Origin: Nitrospinales bacterium
Lineage (GTDB): Bacteria > Nitrospinota > Nitrospinia > Nitrospinales > VA-1
Length of the DNA: 64,000 nt
Direction: 5' to 3'
NCBI GenBank assembly: GCA_965223795.1
Contig: CBDCXL010000002.1
Location: 2,176,001-2,240,000 of the forward strand
Below are positions 1 to 10,248 of this stretch, in pieces (the first letter of the stretch is position 1; every line of letters begins with the position of its first letter). Position numbers and translations under genes: made by a program. The notes below the pieces were generated by a model, which searched no databases, was not told the DNA's origin, and was given only the letters and a program-made list of their open reading frames with translations.

Positions 1-39
1 CAGAATGAGGCGCAGGTTTCCTTTGAATGAGTTTTTGGC

Positions 40-594
40 GTGATGCGTTACACGGAATGGGATGAAGACCTGCTTGCCACGGTCGCATTGAGGACGACCG
101 TGGCATTTTTTCTTTATACACCTCTTGTATTTCTCTCAATCCTTTTGATTTTAGAAATTCTCCCTCTGGTTTGCTCACCTTCTTTCTGTTCGTTTTATTT
201 TGATCTTTCCCAGAAGTCTCAGAATTTAATTTCCTATACTCTTATTGGGTTGGGGGAAGTAGTTTTGTTTTACTTGGTATTTCGTGGCTGGCTTCCGGGT
301 ACAAAATTGGAATGGGTGCTTCCATTTTCTGAGACTCAGTTGGGTTGGGGAGTGGCAGTGCTTTCTGTAATTCCCTGGGTGCTGAGTTATGATCTCGTGC
401 GTTTTGAAATATTTCATGCGACTCTCAACGGGTCGCTTCTGATCGGTGTTTTAGTTTTTTTCATCACAAAATCGATATTGAGCCGCGAGATTCGTTGGGA
501 AGTGTTGCGGATACTCGTTGTGCCTTATCTGCAAATCCTGCTCGTCTCCGAATTTGCAGTTCACGAATGGTTCTCCAGTTTTCTCGGAGATTGA
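40..594 (+). CDS. Hypothetical multi-pass membrane protein, AT-rich relative to neighbours
   Basis: 184-aa ORF with several hydrophobic segments; T-rich, atypical codon usage; overlaps the 3' end of the convergent gene by 34 bp. Confidence 0.55.
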   Translation: MMRYTEWDEDLLATVALRTTVAFFLYTPLVFLSILLILEILPLVCSPSFCSFYFDLSQKSQNLISYTLIGLGEVVLFYLVFRGWLPGTKLEWVLPFSETQLGWGVAVLSVIPWVLSYDLVRFEIFHATLNGSLLIGVLVFFITKSILSREIRWEVLRILVVPYLQILLVSEFAVHEWFSSFLGD

Positions 595-1367
595 ATTATT
601 TCCCGCCGCGACACATAGCGGACGAGCAGCGCCCCGGCCCACGCGGCCAGCAGGTGCTTCAACGTATGTCCGCTCACCGTTTCACCCAGCAAAAGAAAAA
701 TTTCCCGATCGAAAAGCTCCAGAACCTTCGCCCCGGCGTAGCAGCCCAAGATCTGCCACAGGTATTTCGTGCCGGTGTACGGGGAGGGAAACCACCACAG
801 CAGAAACGGCAACAGCAGAAGCGGGAGAAACTGCACCAGAACGTAGGGTTTCAGGTTTCCCAGTCCCGCCGATTCGGTGACATCCCAGTACACGACGCTG
901 GCGATGCCCGCGATCACGAGAACGGGCAGCAGAAGCACGCCGGCTTTTACGTGAAGACGTTCGGCGATCATGAGGGCGAAAAATCCCATGAACGCGATCG
1001 TCATGGGCAACCTGTCCCAGAACAGGGTGGCGTTGTCGGGAGCGAGGTGGTAGTAGCCGGAGCCGAGTCCGGTCAGGAAGATGCCGGAAAACGCCGCGGC
1101 GAACAAAAGTGCTTCCTGTTTGGGTGCGATGAATCTTTTAGGATCTGCGTGCAGCGCTTTGAGTTTCAAAAGGCCGAGCGCGCCCGCAATGAGGAAGGGC
1201 AGGTTGGACAGCACGTTCAAGCAATGCGGGATGCCCCAAACGGCGCGCTGGTCGGCGAAGTCGTGGTAGGCCGGGTCCTGGGCGATGGGGGCGAGCTTGA
1301 ATTGGAGGAACGCCGCCGCTGCCAGGCCGATGAGGATCAGGACGGCGACGCGGGCCTTGAAGCGCAT
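561..1367 (-). CDS. Alkaline ceramidase-like (CREST superfamily) membrane hydrolase
   Basis: Start re-assigned to MRFKARV at 1367; motifs QDPAYHDFADQR, NVLSNLPF, GSGYYHL, WDRLPMT, SGHTLKH. Confidence 0.8.
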   Translation of the reverse strand: MRFKARVAVLILIGLAAAAFLQFKLAPIAQDPAYHDFADQRAVWGIPHCLNVLSNLPFLIAGALGLLKLKALHADPKRFIAPKQEALLFAAAFSGIFLTGLGSGYYHLAPDNATLFWDRLPMTIAFMGFFALMIAERLHVKAGVLLLPVLVIAGIASVVYWDVTESAGLGNLKPYVLVQFLPLLLLPFLLWWFPSPYTGTKYLWQILGCYAGAKVLELFDREIFLLLGETVSGHTLKHLLAAWAGALLVRYVSRREIIQSPRKLENHS

Positions 1368-1375
1368 GGGGACGG

Positions 1376-3130
1376 TCAATCGGGGTCGCGCGCCGACAGG
1401 CGGGCGTCGAGAAGCCGAAGCTCCACTTTGTCGCGGCCGCTCCAGGCGTTGGTGGCGAGTTCGTAAACCAGATCGACCCGGTCTTCTTCCGGATTGAACG
1501 ATTCGAACGCCTCGGCCAGGTTGAAGCCCACCGCGTCGACTCCGGCTCTGTCCTGAACGGCCTTGAAGCGGACGTGGGATTCGTCCTTGCCCATGTAACG
1601 AAAATCGCGGATGTGCACGTTGCGGGAAAGAAACCGCGGAACCGGGTTCTCGGCGCCGAAGGGCTCGAGCGCGTGGATTTTCTTGAACAGCGGCGTGTTG
1701 ACCTCGGACAGGCTGAGCTCGCCGTCGATTTTGATTTCCTCGATCAGATCCTCCGGTTTTAGAAAGCGGTGGCCGACGGCGTTGAGCGCCTTGCGGAACG
1801 GCTCGACGTTGGCTTCGGCGATGGTCAGCCCCGCCGCGTAGGCGTGGCCGCCGAACTGGATAAAATGACCGGCGCATTCCGACAGTGCCTTGTACAGGTT
1901 GAACTTGGGAATGCTGCGGCCCGAGCCTTTGCCGATGCCGCCGGCCAGCGCGATGAGCACCGCGGGGCGGTAGTATTTGTCCACCAGGCGCGAGGCGACG
2001 ATGCCGATCACGCCGGGATGAAAGTTTTCGGAGGCGAGCACGAGGACGCGGTCGTTTTCCAGGTCGGCTTCCCGCTCGATGAGGTATTCCGCCTCTTCCA
2101 GGGCCCAGCCCTGGATCTCCTTGCGCTCGGTGTTGATGGCGTCGACCCGCTTGGCAATGTCCTTCGCCGCGTTCAGATCGCTCGCGGTGAGCAGGTGCAG
2201 GCCCGCGTCGGCCTTGCCCAGCCTGCCGGCGGCGTTGAGCCTGGGGCCGAGCGCGAAGCCGACGCAGCGCGAATCGATGCGGCCGTTCACTCCGGCCACG
2301 TCTTTCAAGGCCACGAGGCCGGGCTTGGTGGTGCGGGCCATCATTTCCAGGCCGTGCGAGGAAAGGATGTGGTTCTCGCCGGTGAGCGGCGCCACATCGG
2401 CGATGGTGCCGAGGACGAACAGATCGAGATGGCGCTTCAAATTGGGCAGCGTGTCCCTGGCCCGCCCGCGCTGGTGCAGGGCGCTGCGCACGGCGGTGGC
2501 CAGCTTGAAGACGATGCCGACGCCGCTCAGGAAGCGGAACGGGTAGGTGCAGTCGGGCCGGTGCGGGTTGAGCACCGCCACCGCGGGCGGCAGGCCCTCG
2601 GGCCCCACCTGGTGGTGGTCGGAAACGATCACGTCCAGCCCGATGGCATTGGCGGTCTTCACTTCATGCACGCCGGTGATGCCGCAGTCGGCGGTGATCA
2701 TCAGCGTGCAGCCCTCGGCGCGGATCTTGCGCACGGCTTCCTCGTTCAGGCCGTAGCCCTCCTGCATGCGGTCGGGCAGGTAATAGCTGACCGCCACGCC
2801 CAGGTCGCGGAAAAAATGCGTTAAAAATGCGGCGGAGGTGACGCCGTCGACATCGTAGTCGCAGAACACGCGGATTTTTTCCCCGCTTTCGATGGCGCGC
2901 ACGACGCGGTCCACCGCCTGCCGCATGCCGTTCATCAAAAAGGGATCGTGCAGCCTTGCGAGGTCGCGGGCGATGAAGTCCTTTCCCTGTTCGGGCGTGT
3001 GGATGTCGCGGATCACCAGCAGGCGGGCAATGAGCGGTGAAACGTTCAACGCGCTAGCCAGCGTGTCCACCGCTTCGGGACAGGGGGTTTCGAGGTGCCA
3101 GGTTTTGTTCTGAGCCGAAAGCGTCTTCAT
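1376..3130 (-). CDS. recJ: Single-stranded-DNA-specific exonuclease RecJ
   Basis: DYDVDG, DCG, DHH, GTIADV, PRLNAAGRL, GGHAYAAG, LEPFG motifs; start taken at MKTLSAQ. Confidence 0.96.
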   Translation of the reverse strand: MKTLSAQNKTWHLETPCPEAVDTLASALNVSPLIARLLVIRDIHTPEQGKDFIARDLARLHDPFLMNGMRQAVDRVVRAIESGEKIRVFCDYDVDGVTSAAFLTHFFRDLGVAVSYYLPDRMQEGYGLNEEAVRKIRAEGCTLMITADCGITGVHEVKTANAIGLDVIVSDHHQVGPEGLPPAVAVLNPHRPDCTYPFRFLSGVGIVFKLATAVRSALHQRGRARDTLPNLKRHLDLFVLGTIADVAPLTGENHILSSHGLEMMARTTKPGLVALKDVAGVNGRIDSRCVGFALGPRLNAAGRLGKADAGLHLLTASDLNAAKDIAKRVDAINTERKEIQGWALEEAEYLIEREADLENDRVLVLASENFHPGVIGIVASRLVDKYYRPAVLIALAGGIGKGSGRSIPKFNLYKALSECAGHFIQFGGHAYAAGLTIAEANVEPFRKALNAVGHRFLKPEDLIEEIKIDGELSLSEVNTPLFKKIHALEPFGAENPVPRFLSRNVHIRDFRYMGKDESHVRFKAVQDRAGVDAVGFNLAEAFESFNPEEDRVDLVYELATNAWSGRDKVELRLLDARLSARDPD

Positions 3131-3200
3131 GGTGATCCTGAAATCAGGTGGCAGGTTGCGATGCAAATGGTTGTGCCCGCCTGCGTGCCGAGCCGGGTTC

Positions 3201-3848
3201 TCACGCGGGGCGGACGGTTGCGGCTGGCGACGGGTCTTCGATGTATTCGCGCACGCCCTTGAAACTTTTGCGGTGAATCGGGCAGGGCCCGTGCAGGCGG
3301 ATGCTGTCTTTGTGCGCCTGAGTTCCATAGCCCTTGTGTCTGTCGAATGCGTACTGCGGGTACGTTTGATGATGTGCGTGCATGATGCGGTCGCGCGTCA
3401 CTTTCGCGAGCACCGACGCGGCGGCGATGGACAGGCTTTGGGCGTCGCCCTTGACGATGGGCCACTGCTTCGCCGGATGGTCGATACGGCGGTTGCCGTC
3501 GATGAGCAGCAGGTCCGGACGGAGCGGCAGTTGCTCGACGGCGAGGCGCATGGCGAGCAGCGAGGCCTGAAGGATGTTGATCGCGTCGATGGTTTCCTCG
3601 GAGACGATGCCGATTCCGAACCCCAGAGCGCATTGCTGGATGCGGTCGAAAAAGCGGTCGCGTGCGGCGGGTGAAAGCTGTTTGCTGTCGGTCAGGCCGT
3701 TCAAGGACGCGCCGGCGGGAAGCACCACGGCGGCGGCGACGACGGGACCGGCCAAAGGACCGCGCCCGGCTTCGTCCACGCCGGTGATGGAACGGAATCC
3801 CTGTGCGTCCGCCTGATTTTCGAAAGCCAGCATGCCGGTGCCTGTCAT
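3201..3848 (-). CDS. rnhB: Ribonuclease HII
   Basis: GVDEAGRGPLAGPVVAAAV, DSKQL, KGDAQSLSIAAASVLAKVTRD, HKGYGT; start could be 3833 or 3848. Confidence 0.96.
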   Translation of the reverse strand: MTGTGMLAFENQADAQGFRSITGVDEAGRGPLAGPVVAAAVVLPAGASLNGLTDSKQLSPAARDRFFDRIQQCALGFGIGIVSEETIDAINILQASLLAMRLAVEQLPLRPDLLLIDGNRRIDHPAKQWPIVKGDAQSLSIAAASVLAKVTRDRIMHAHHQTYPQYAFDRHKGYGTQAHKDSIRLHGPCPIHRKSFKGVREYIEDPSPAATVRPA

Positions 3849-4123
3849 GCGCTCACGGGAAAGGCTAGGGGGTGTGGGGAGAACCGGCCGAGGCAATAAA
3901 AAATCCGGTTCTTACTGTCTCCTGACACCGATGATATTGCATCGGTTGCGGGCAGGCAACTCAAAACTTTTTTATTCCATCCACAGCGCGGGTCTGGATT
4001 GAAAATAAAAATATTCACTCCCGGAATGGTGTGCAAAAGTTTTCCATATTCAATCGTTTTACGGTAAGCTAGGCATGATCCCCTTAATAAAAAAATATAA
4101 ATCAAAGGATTGAACCCAGACCC

Positions 4124-4954
4124 ATGCGAACCGCAAAAAAAATTGGTTATGTTGCCATCGTTGCGCTGATCGCGGCGTGCGTCACCACACCGGTTTCGGA
4201 CAAATCGGCCTTCATCATCATTCCGGAGTCTCAGGAGATCACGATGGGGCTGCAGGCTTTCAATGAGGTGAAGCAAAAGGAAAAGGAATCGCAGGATCAA
4301 CGCCTGGTCAACATCGTGCAGCGGGTCGGCTCGCGCATCGCGGCGGTTTCCGACATGCCGGACCTGGAATGGGAATACAAGCTGTTCGAGTCGGAGCAGC
4401 AGAACGCGTTCGCGCTGCCGGGCGGGAAAACCGCGGTGTACACGGGATTGCTGCCGGTGTGCCAGAACGAGGCGGGCCTGGCGGCGGTGATGGGGCATGA
4501 GGTGGCGCACGTGATCGCCCGGCACGGGGCGCAGCGCATCTCAAGCCAGCTGGTGGTGACGACGGGGCTTTCGGTGGCGGCGATCAGCCTGGCCAACAAG
4601 GATTCGCGCGCGCTGATCCTGGGCGGACTGGGGCTCGGCGCGATGTACGGGATCACACTGCCGTTCGGCAGGGGCAACGAGTCGGAGGCGGATCACATCG
4701 GTCTGATCTACATGGCGCGGGCGGGCTACGATCCGCGCGAGGCGGAGCGGTTCTGGTCGCGTTTCAGCAACGCGAAAGCGGGGAAAAAGGTTCCGGAGTT
4801 TTTATCGACGCATCCTTCGGATGAAACGCGGATCGCCAACATCCGCAAGCTGCTGCCGCGGGCGATGGCGGAGTACGAGGCGGCGCAGCCAAAGTTCGGC
4901 CTGGGAGCGCAGTTTTATGAAGGCGGCGCCCCGGCGTCCAACAATGAGGGCTGA
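4124..4954 (+). CDS. M48 family metallopeptidase lipoprotein (Oma1/LoiP-like)
   Basis: Lipobox LIAAC, NAFALPGG, HEVAH, ESEAD, FLSTHPS. Confidence 0.92.
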   Translation: MRTAKKIGYVAIVALIAACVTTPVSDKSAFIIIPESQEITMGLQAFNEVKQKEKESQDQRLVNIVQRVGSRIAAVSDMPDLEWEYKLFESEQQNAFALPGGKTAVYTGLLPVCQNEAGLAAVMGHEVAHVIARHGAQRISSQLVVTTGLSVAAISLANKDSRALILGGLGLGAMYGITLPFGRGNESEADHIGLIYMARAGYDPREAERFWSRFSNAKAGKKVPEFLSTHPSDETRIANIRKLLPRAMAEYEAAQPKFGLGAQFYEGGAPASNNEG

Positions 4955-5016
4955 GGGGAGCCGGCGTTGCAGTGCTGGCGGCGCAACGGTGTCCGCCGCA
5001 GTGTGAGGGCCTTCGT

Positions 5017-5421
5017 TCAGGCGGATTTTTTCGCCGCGCCCCTTTTCTTTCTGCTCCTGCCCGTGCCGGGACTGCGGGTGGGTTTGATTTCCTTGAGCCG
5101 CGCCGCTTTGCCGCGCAGGTTTCTCAGGTAATACAGCTTGGCGCGCCGGACGCGGGCGCGTTTGACGATTTCGATTTTTTCCACGCGCGGCGAGTGGACC
5201 GGGAAAATCCGCTCCACGCCGACACCGAAGGAAACTTTCCGCACGGTGAAGGTTTTGCGCGCGCCGCCGCCGTGCATGCGGATGAGGACGCCCTCGATCA
5301 CCTGGACGCGTTCCTTCTCCCCTTCCACGATGCGCATGTGCACCTTCACGGTGTCGCCGATGCGGATGTCGGCGACTTCTTTTTTCAACTCTCCGGCTTC
5401 AATCTGGTCGATCAGGTTCAT
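5017..5421 (-). CDS. rplS: 50S ribosomal protein L19
   Basis: [35 protein letters not shown]. Confidence 0.98.
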   Translation of the reverse strand: MNLIDQIEAGELKKEVADIRIGDTVKVHMRIVEGEKERVQVIEGVLIRMHGGGARKTFTVRKVSFGVGVERIFPVHSPRVEKIEIVKRARVRRAKLYYLRNLRGKAARLKEIKPTRSPGTGRSRKKRGAAKKSA

Positions 5422-5489
5422 CGTTTCTCCTCGCTCTCTTTCCTATCGTTTCTGTTTTTCTGTTTTATACCGCATTTCCGCTGTCATTC

Positions 5490-6074
5490 CTAGCGTTCGC
5501 CGGCCAGCCGGTCGAGTATGATGGCGATGGCCGCCCGCACCGGCAGGTGGTTGTATTGGCCCGCTCCCTCGATGGGGTCGAGAACGTGGTCGGCGTTCTC
5601 GATGATGCTTTTTTCCAGCCCCCAGCCGGTGCCGAACACCAAAAGGTGCGGGTCCCCCTGTTCCAGTTCTTCCCGCATCACCTTATAGGTCGTGCCGCGG
5701 GAAAATTTTTTCGCGTCGGTGACGACGGTTTTCGGTTTCGTGCCCAGCCGCTCTTCGATGTCTTGGACCACATCGGCAAGCGACCGCTTGAGCCGCGTTT
5801 CCAGCAGCGCCTGCTTGCGCGTCGGGTTGTATTCGGCGCCGTACCCTTCCACCCAGTGGGCGACCATGCGCTCGACCAGTTCCAGCTGGGTCTCAAGCGG
5901 CGTCACCACGTAAAATGAATGCGCCCCGTAGGTCTTTGCGATGCGCGCGACATCGTGCACGTCCAGCGTGGTGACGGAAGACACCACAATTTCCCCGGCC
6001 TTGTTGTACACGGGGAAATGCACCAGCGCCAGGTGGAGGTTCTTCGAATGTGCCCGATCGCCGGCGCCCGTTAT
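5490..6074 (-). CDS. Tm1570-like SPOUT RNA methyltransferase (Methyltrn_RNA_4 type); start uncertain
   Basis: LHLALVHFPVYNK..TTLDVHDIAR, YNPTRKQAL, LLVFGTGWGL, YNHLPVRAAIAIILDRL; frame stays open up to the trmD stop at 6078-6080; ATA at 6074 is only a candidate start. Confidence 0.85.
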   Translation of the reverse strand: MTGAGDRAHSKNLHLALVHFPVYNKAGEIVVSSVTTLDVHDVARIAKTYGAHSFYVVTPLETQLELVERMVAHWVEGYGAEYNPTRKQALLETRLKRSLADVVQDIEERLGTKPKTVVTDAKKFSRGTTYKVMREELEQGDPHLLVFGTGWGLEKSIIENADHVLDPIEGAGQYNHLPVRAAIAIILDRLAGER

Positions 6075-6077
6075 CGC

Positions 6078-6815
6078 TCAATCCTCTTTAAGCTCTTTCA
6101 AAACCCCTTTGTCCCGCTTGGACAGCTTAAGCTTGTCCAGCAGATCGGGACGCACGCGCGCGGTCTTTTTCAAGGCCTCCGTGCGCTGCCATTCCTGGAT
6201 CTTTTTCGGGTCTCCCGAGACCAGCACCTCCGGAACCTTGTGGCCCCGGTATTCCCGCGGCCTTGTGTACTGCGGGTATTCCAGCAGAGGCGCCGAGAAC
6301 GATTCCTCGACCAGCGCGTTTTCATCCCCCACGACGCCGGGCACCAGCCTTGATACGGCGTCCACCACCACCATCGCGGGGATCTCGCCGCCGGACAGGA
6401 CGTAGTCGCCGATCGAGATCTCCTCGTCGACACAGAGCGCGCGCACGCGTTCATCGACGCCTTCGTAGCGGCCGCAGACGAGGATCAGTCTTTCCTGCCG
6501 TGACAGCTCCCAGGCTTTTTCCTGGTCGAAGGGCCGTCCCGCCGGGGACATCAGGATCGTGCGGCCGCCGGGGCCTTCCTGTTTCACCGCTTCGATGGCG
6601 CGGGCGATGGGCTCGACGTTCATCACCAGTCCGACGCCGCCGCCGAAGGGATAGTCGTCCACCTTTTTGTGCTTGTTCAGGGTGTGGTCCCGGAGGTTGT
6701 GCACCCGGATGTCCACGATCCCCTGTTCCCGCGCGCGGTTCAAGATGCTTTCGTCGAACGGCGACGCGAACATCCCTGGGAATATGGTGATGATGTCAAA
6801 CCGGATCGTCCTCAA
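6078..6815 (-). CDS. trmD: tRNA (guanine37-N1)-methyltransferase
   Basis: VDDYPFGGG, CGRYEGVDER, SIGDYVLSGGE, LEYPQYTRP. Confidence 0.98.
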   Translation of the reverse strand: MRTIRFDIITIFPGMFASPFDESILNRAREQGIVDIRVHNLRDHTLNKHKKVDDYPFGGGVGLVMNVEPIARAIEAVKQEGPGGRTILMSPAGRPFDQEKAWELSRQERLILVCGRYEGVDERVRALCVDEEISIGDYVLSGGEIPAMVVVDAVSRLVPGVVGDENALVEESFSAPLLEYPQYTRPREYRGHKVPEVLVSGDPKKIQEWQRTEALKKTARVRPDLLDKLKLSKRDKGVLKELKED

Positions 6816-7314
6816 TCAATCCCTCGACCCTGTTGAAAATGAGTTTGTTCTGTTCGAGGTCGATGGAGTGGACCACCGACTCGATCATCGGCAGCAGCAC
6901 TTCCTTACCGTTGCCGCGCACGACGTACACGTCGTTGCTGCCGGTCTCGATGATCTCCTCGATTTTTCCGTAATGCGTTCCCTCCCGGTCGTGGACATCC
7001 AGGCCCACGATCTCGAACCAATAGTACTCGCCGTCGGGCAGCGGTTCGAACTGATCCGCAGGGATCTTAAGAGTGCGGCCGGCCAGGAGTCCGGCCTGTT
7101 CGCGGGAATCGACTTTCTGAAACTTGATGATGAGGTTGCCGGCGCTGCCGCGCAGGGACTCCACTTCAACGGGGGCTTCCTCGCCGGCCTCGCCGCCCAG
7201 CCGGCCCTGCCTGAAGCTTTTCAGGATCGAAAGATCGCTGACGAACGGCAGTAATTTCAATTCGCCTTTCAGCCCGTGCGGCTTGGTGACTTTGCCGACT
7301 TCGATCCACTGCAT
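6796..7314 (-). CDS. rimM: Ribosome maturation factor RimM
   Basis: GKVTKPHGLKGE, EYYWFEIVGL, ETGSNDVYVV; operon context. Confidence 0.96.
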   Translation of the reverse strand: MQWIEVGKVTKPHGLKGELKLLPFVSDLSILKSFRQGRLGGEAGEEAPVEVESLRGSAGNLIIKFQKVDSREQAGLLAGRTLKIPADQFEPLPDGEYYWFEIVGLDVHDREGTHYGKIEEIIETGSNDVYVVRGNGKEVLLPMIESVVHSIDLEQNKLIFNRVEGLIEDDPV

Positions 7315-7317
7315 GCC

Positions 7318-7548
7318 TCACTCGATGATTTCCAGCACCGCCCGCTTTTTCAGCTTGGTCGCGGTGGCGTTGAGCAGCACCCGCATGGCGCGGGCGGTTT
7401 TCCCCTGCTTGCCGATCACTTTGCCGAGGTCTTCCTTGGCGACACGCAGTTCGTAAACGGTTGTCTTTTCCCCTTCCACTTCGGTTAAATCCACCTCCTC
7501 AGGCTTGTCCACCAACGATTTCGCAATCATTAGAATGAGATCTTTCAT
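7318..7548 (-). CDS. khpA: KH-domain RNA-binding protein KhpA
   Basis: [26 protein letters not shown] upstream of MKDLI; sits between rpsP and rimM. Confidence 0.93.
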   Translation of the reverse strand: MKDLILMIAKSLVDKPEEVDLTEVEGEKTTVYELRVAKEDLGKVIGKQGKTARAMRVLLNATATKLKKRAVLEIIE

Positions 7549-7661
7549 GGCTCCCTCCTCGAACCGCAACTCAAAGGTCACTGGAGACGGGAAGAAGGAT
7601 CTGAGCTAGAGCATCGACCTGAAATTGAGCGGGATATGTGATGGAAATAGGATGCTGATCT

Positions 7662-7907
7662 CTATTGACCGACTCCTGCTTTTTTCAGGAGGCTTGCCAC
7701 CGTCTTGCTCGGCTTGGCGCCCTTCGCAATCCAGGCCGACGCTTTTTCGGCATCGATATTACAGTTGTCTTCTTCCTTCAGCGGATCGAAGGTTCCCAGG
7801 ATTTCCAGGAACCGGCCGTCCCTCGGAAACCGGGAATCCGCCGCTACGATTCTATAGAATGGTTTCTTTTTTGCGCCTCGCCTTGTCAGTCTGATCACGA
7901 CAGCCAA
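7662..7907 (-). CDS. rpsP: 30S ribosomal protein S16
   Basis: [34 protein letters not shown] start with AGGAGG SD. Confidence 0.98.
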   Translation of the reverse strand: MAVVIRLTRRGAKKKPFYRIVAADSRFPRDGRFLEILGTFDPLKEEDNCNIDAEKASAWIAKGAKPSKTVASLLKKAGVGQ

Positions 7908-7975
7908 AATCGTCCCTCCTGTGTATTAGATGATAGGTGTCTCTATTATGATGCTTTTTTCACGGCTATGCCATT

Positions 7976-9316
7976 TCAAAACGGGCTGCGTCCGCCCATC
8001 ATGCTGCCCAGGTTGAAGCCGCCCTTGAATTTTCCCATGTTGAACTTTTTCATCATCTTCTGCATCTGCGAGAACTGCTTCAATAACTTATTGATTTCAT
8101 TGACGGAGGTCCCGCTCCCGGCGGCGATCCGGCGTTTGCGGCTGCTGTTGATGATGTTGTGCTTCTCGCGCTCCGCCGGGGTCATGGAATTGATGATCGC
8201 CTCGATGCGAACGAACGCTTTTTCATCGACTTTCAGCCCCTTGAGCTTGTTGGCGCCGGGGATCATGCCGATCAGCTGCTGGATGGAGCCCATCTTCTGG
8301 ATCTGCTTGAGCTGGTCGCGGAAATCCTCGAGCGTGAAGCGGTTCTTCTTGAGTTTTTTCTCCAGCTCCTCCTGCTGTTCGAGGTCGTAGGTCTGCTCGG
8401 CCTTCTCCACCAGGGACATCACGTCGCCCATGCCGAGAATGCGCGAGACCAGCCGGTCCGGGTAGAACGGTTCGAGCGCGTCCAGTTTCTCGCCGGTGCC
8501 GATGAAGCGGATCGGCTTGCCGGTGGTCTTTTTGATCGACAGCGCCGCGCCGCCGCGGGTGTCGCCGTCCATCTTGGTGAGGACCACCCCGTCGATGCCG
8601 ACGGCTTCGTGAAAGGTGCCGGCGACGCTGGCGGCCTGCTGGCCCATCATGGCGTCGGCGACGAACAGCACTTCGTGCGGCTCGACCTTTTTCTTGATCG
8701 CCTTGAGCTCCTGCATCAGGGCGTCGTCGATCTGGGTGCGGCCGGCGGTGTCGAGGATCAGCACCTGCACCATCTTGCGCTGCGCTTCCTGCAGCGCGTT
8801 GGCGCAGATCTTCACCGGGTCGGACTCGCCCTCGGCCTGGTACACGTCGATCTCCAGATCCCGCCCCAGCACGTTGAGCTGCTCGATGGCGGCCGGGCGG
8901 TACACGTCCGCCGGAACCAGCAGGCATTTTTTGCCCTTCTCTTTAAAGCGCCGGGCGAGCTTGCCGACGGTGGTGGTCTTGCCGGAACCCTGCAGGCCCG
9001 CCATGAGGATCACCGTGGGCGGCTTGGAGGCGAACTGGATCTCCTGAAACTCGTCGCCGAGCAGCGCGGTCAGCTCGGTGTTGACGATCTTGACCATCTG
9101 GTGGCCGGGGGTGAGGCTTTTCAGCACCTCCTGGCCGATGGACTGCTCGCGGATCTGGGCGAGAAAATCCTTGATGACGGGCAGGCTGACGTCGGCCTCG
9201 ATGAGGGCGATGCGGATCTCGCGCAGGGCTTCGTCGACGTCGCCCTCTTTCAACAGGCCGCGTCCCTTGAGTTTTTTATAGACCGCTTCCAGGCGGTTGG
9301 AAAGGCTCTCCAGCAT
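7976..9316 (-). CDS. ffh: Signal recognition particle protein Ffh
   Basis: GLQGSGKTTT, DTAGR, TKMDGD, Met-rich M domain. Confidence 0.98.
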   Translation of the reverse strand: MLESLSNRLEAVYKKLKGRGLLKEGDVDEALREIRIALIEADVSLPVIKDFLAQIREQSIGQEVLKSLTPGHQMVKIVNTELTALLGDEFQEIQFASKPPTVILMAGLQGSGKTTTVGKLARRFKEKGKKCLLVPADVYRPAAIEQLNVLGRDLEIDVYQAEGESDPVKICANALQEAQRKMVQVLILDTAGRTQIDDALMQELKAIKKKVEPHEVLFVADAMMGQQAASVAGTFHEAVGIDGVVLTKMDGDTRGGAALSIKKTTGKPIRFIGTGEKLDALEPFYPDRLVSRILGMGDVMSLVEKAEQTYDLEQQEELEKKLKKNRFTLEDFRDQLKQIQKMGSIQQLIGMIPGANKLKGLKVDEKAFVRIEAIINSMTPAEREKHNIINSSRKRRIAAGSGTSVNEINKLLKQFSQMQKMMKKFNMGKFKGGFNLGSMMGGRSPF

Positions 9317-9416
9317 GGGAAAAGACTCTAATTTTACAAGGTTTATTGGTTTGCTGTAAAATGCGACAGTATATAATAACCGCCTTCGTTGTCAAGGAAC
9401 AACACGCAAACCCAAT

Positions 9417-10103
9417 ATGAAAAAAGCCGTTGTTTTGCTGAGCGGCGGGCTGGACTCCGCGACCACGCTCGCCGTCGCCAAAAATGAGGGATTCGCCCCG
9501 CACAGCCTGAGTTTCGACTACGGCCAGCGGCACCGGGTGGAGCTCGACCGGGCGCGCGCGCTGTCGCAAAAGATGGATGCCGTGGAGCACCGCGTGGTGC
9601 GGATCGACCTGGCGCAATTCGGCGGCTCGGCGCTGACGGCGGACATTCCCGTCCCGGCCGGGCGCAGCGAGAAAGAGATGGCGGCGGCAATCCCGGTCAC
9701 CTACGTCCCGGCGCGGAACACGGTGTTCCTCGCGCACGCGCTGGCGTACGCGGAGGTGGCCGGAGCGGCGGACCTGTTCATCGGCGTCAACGCCATCGAC
9801 TACAGCGGCTATCCGGACTGCCGGCCGGAGTTCATCGCCGCGTTCGAGGCGATGGCGAACCTGGCCACGAAAGCGGGCGTCGAAGGCCGGCGGCTCACCA
9901 TTCACGCGCCGCTGATCCAACTGACGAAAGAGGAGATCATAAAAAAAGGGCTGGCGCTGGGTGTGGACTACGCGCTCACGCACAGCTGCTACGACCCGGA
10001 TGCAAACGGCACCGCCTGCGGCGAGTGCGACTCCTGCAAACTGCGGCTCAAGGGATTCCAGGAAGCGGGCGTGCAGGACCCGATCGCGTATCAAAAAAGA
10101 TAA
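9417..10103 (+). CDS. queC: 7-cyano-7-deazaguanine synthase
   Basis: SGGLDS, YVPARN, GYPDCR, SCY..CGECDSC. Confidence 0.97.
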   Translation: MKKAVVLLSGGLDSATTLAVAKNEGFAPHSLSFDYGQRHRVELDRARALSQKMDAVEHRVVRIDLAQFGGSALTADIPVPAGRSEKEMAAAIPVTYVPARNTVFLAHALAYAEVAGAADLFIGVNAIDYSGYPDCRPEFIAAFEAMANLATKAGVEGRRLTIHAPLIQLTKEEIIKKGLALGVDYALTHSCYDPDANGTACGECDSCKLRLKGFQEAGVQDPIAYQKR

Positions 10104-10248
10104 CTGTGCTCTGGAAGAACGCGTTTAAGACCGTGCAGGCAATCAACCGCAAATAAGAAGACAGCCTTGCGAAAGGGCTCAAGGAAACCGGGAATGAACA
10201 CTTAATGGATGGATCTCTGAATCGTGAATAGGGCCGGGTGAGAACTTG

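Noticed and set aside
6030..6080. Selenocysteine insertion at the trmD UGA
   Set aside because: The position is an interdomain linker rather than a catalytic Cys site, and no convincing SECIS hairpin follows
9317..9416. preQ1 riboswitch upstream of queC or SRP RNA near ffh
   Set aside because: Short divergent promoter region; no preQ1 stem with A-rich tail and no SRP loop motif recognised
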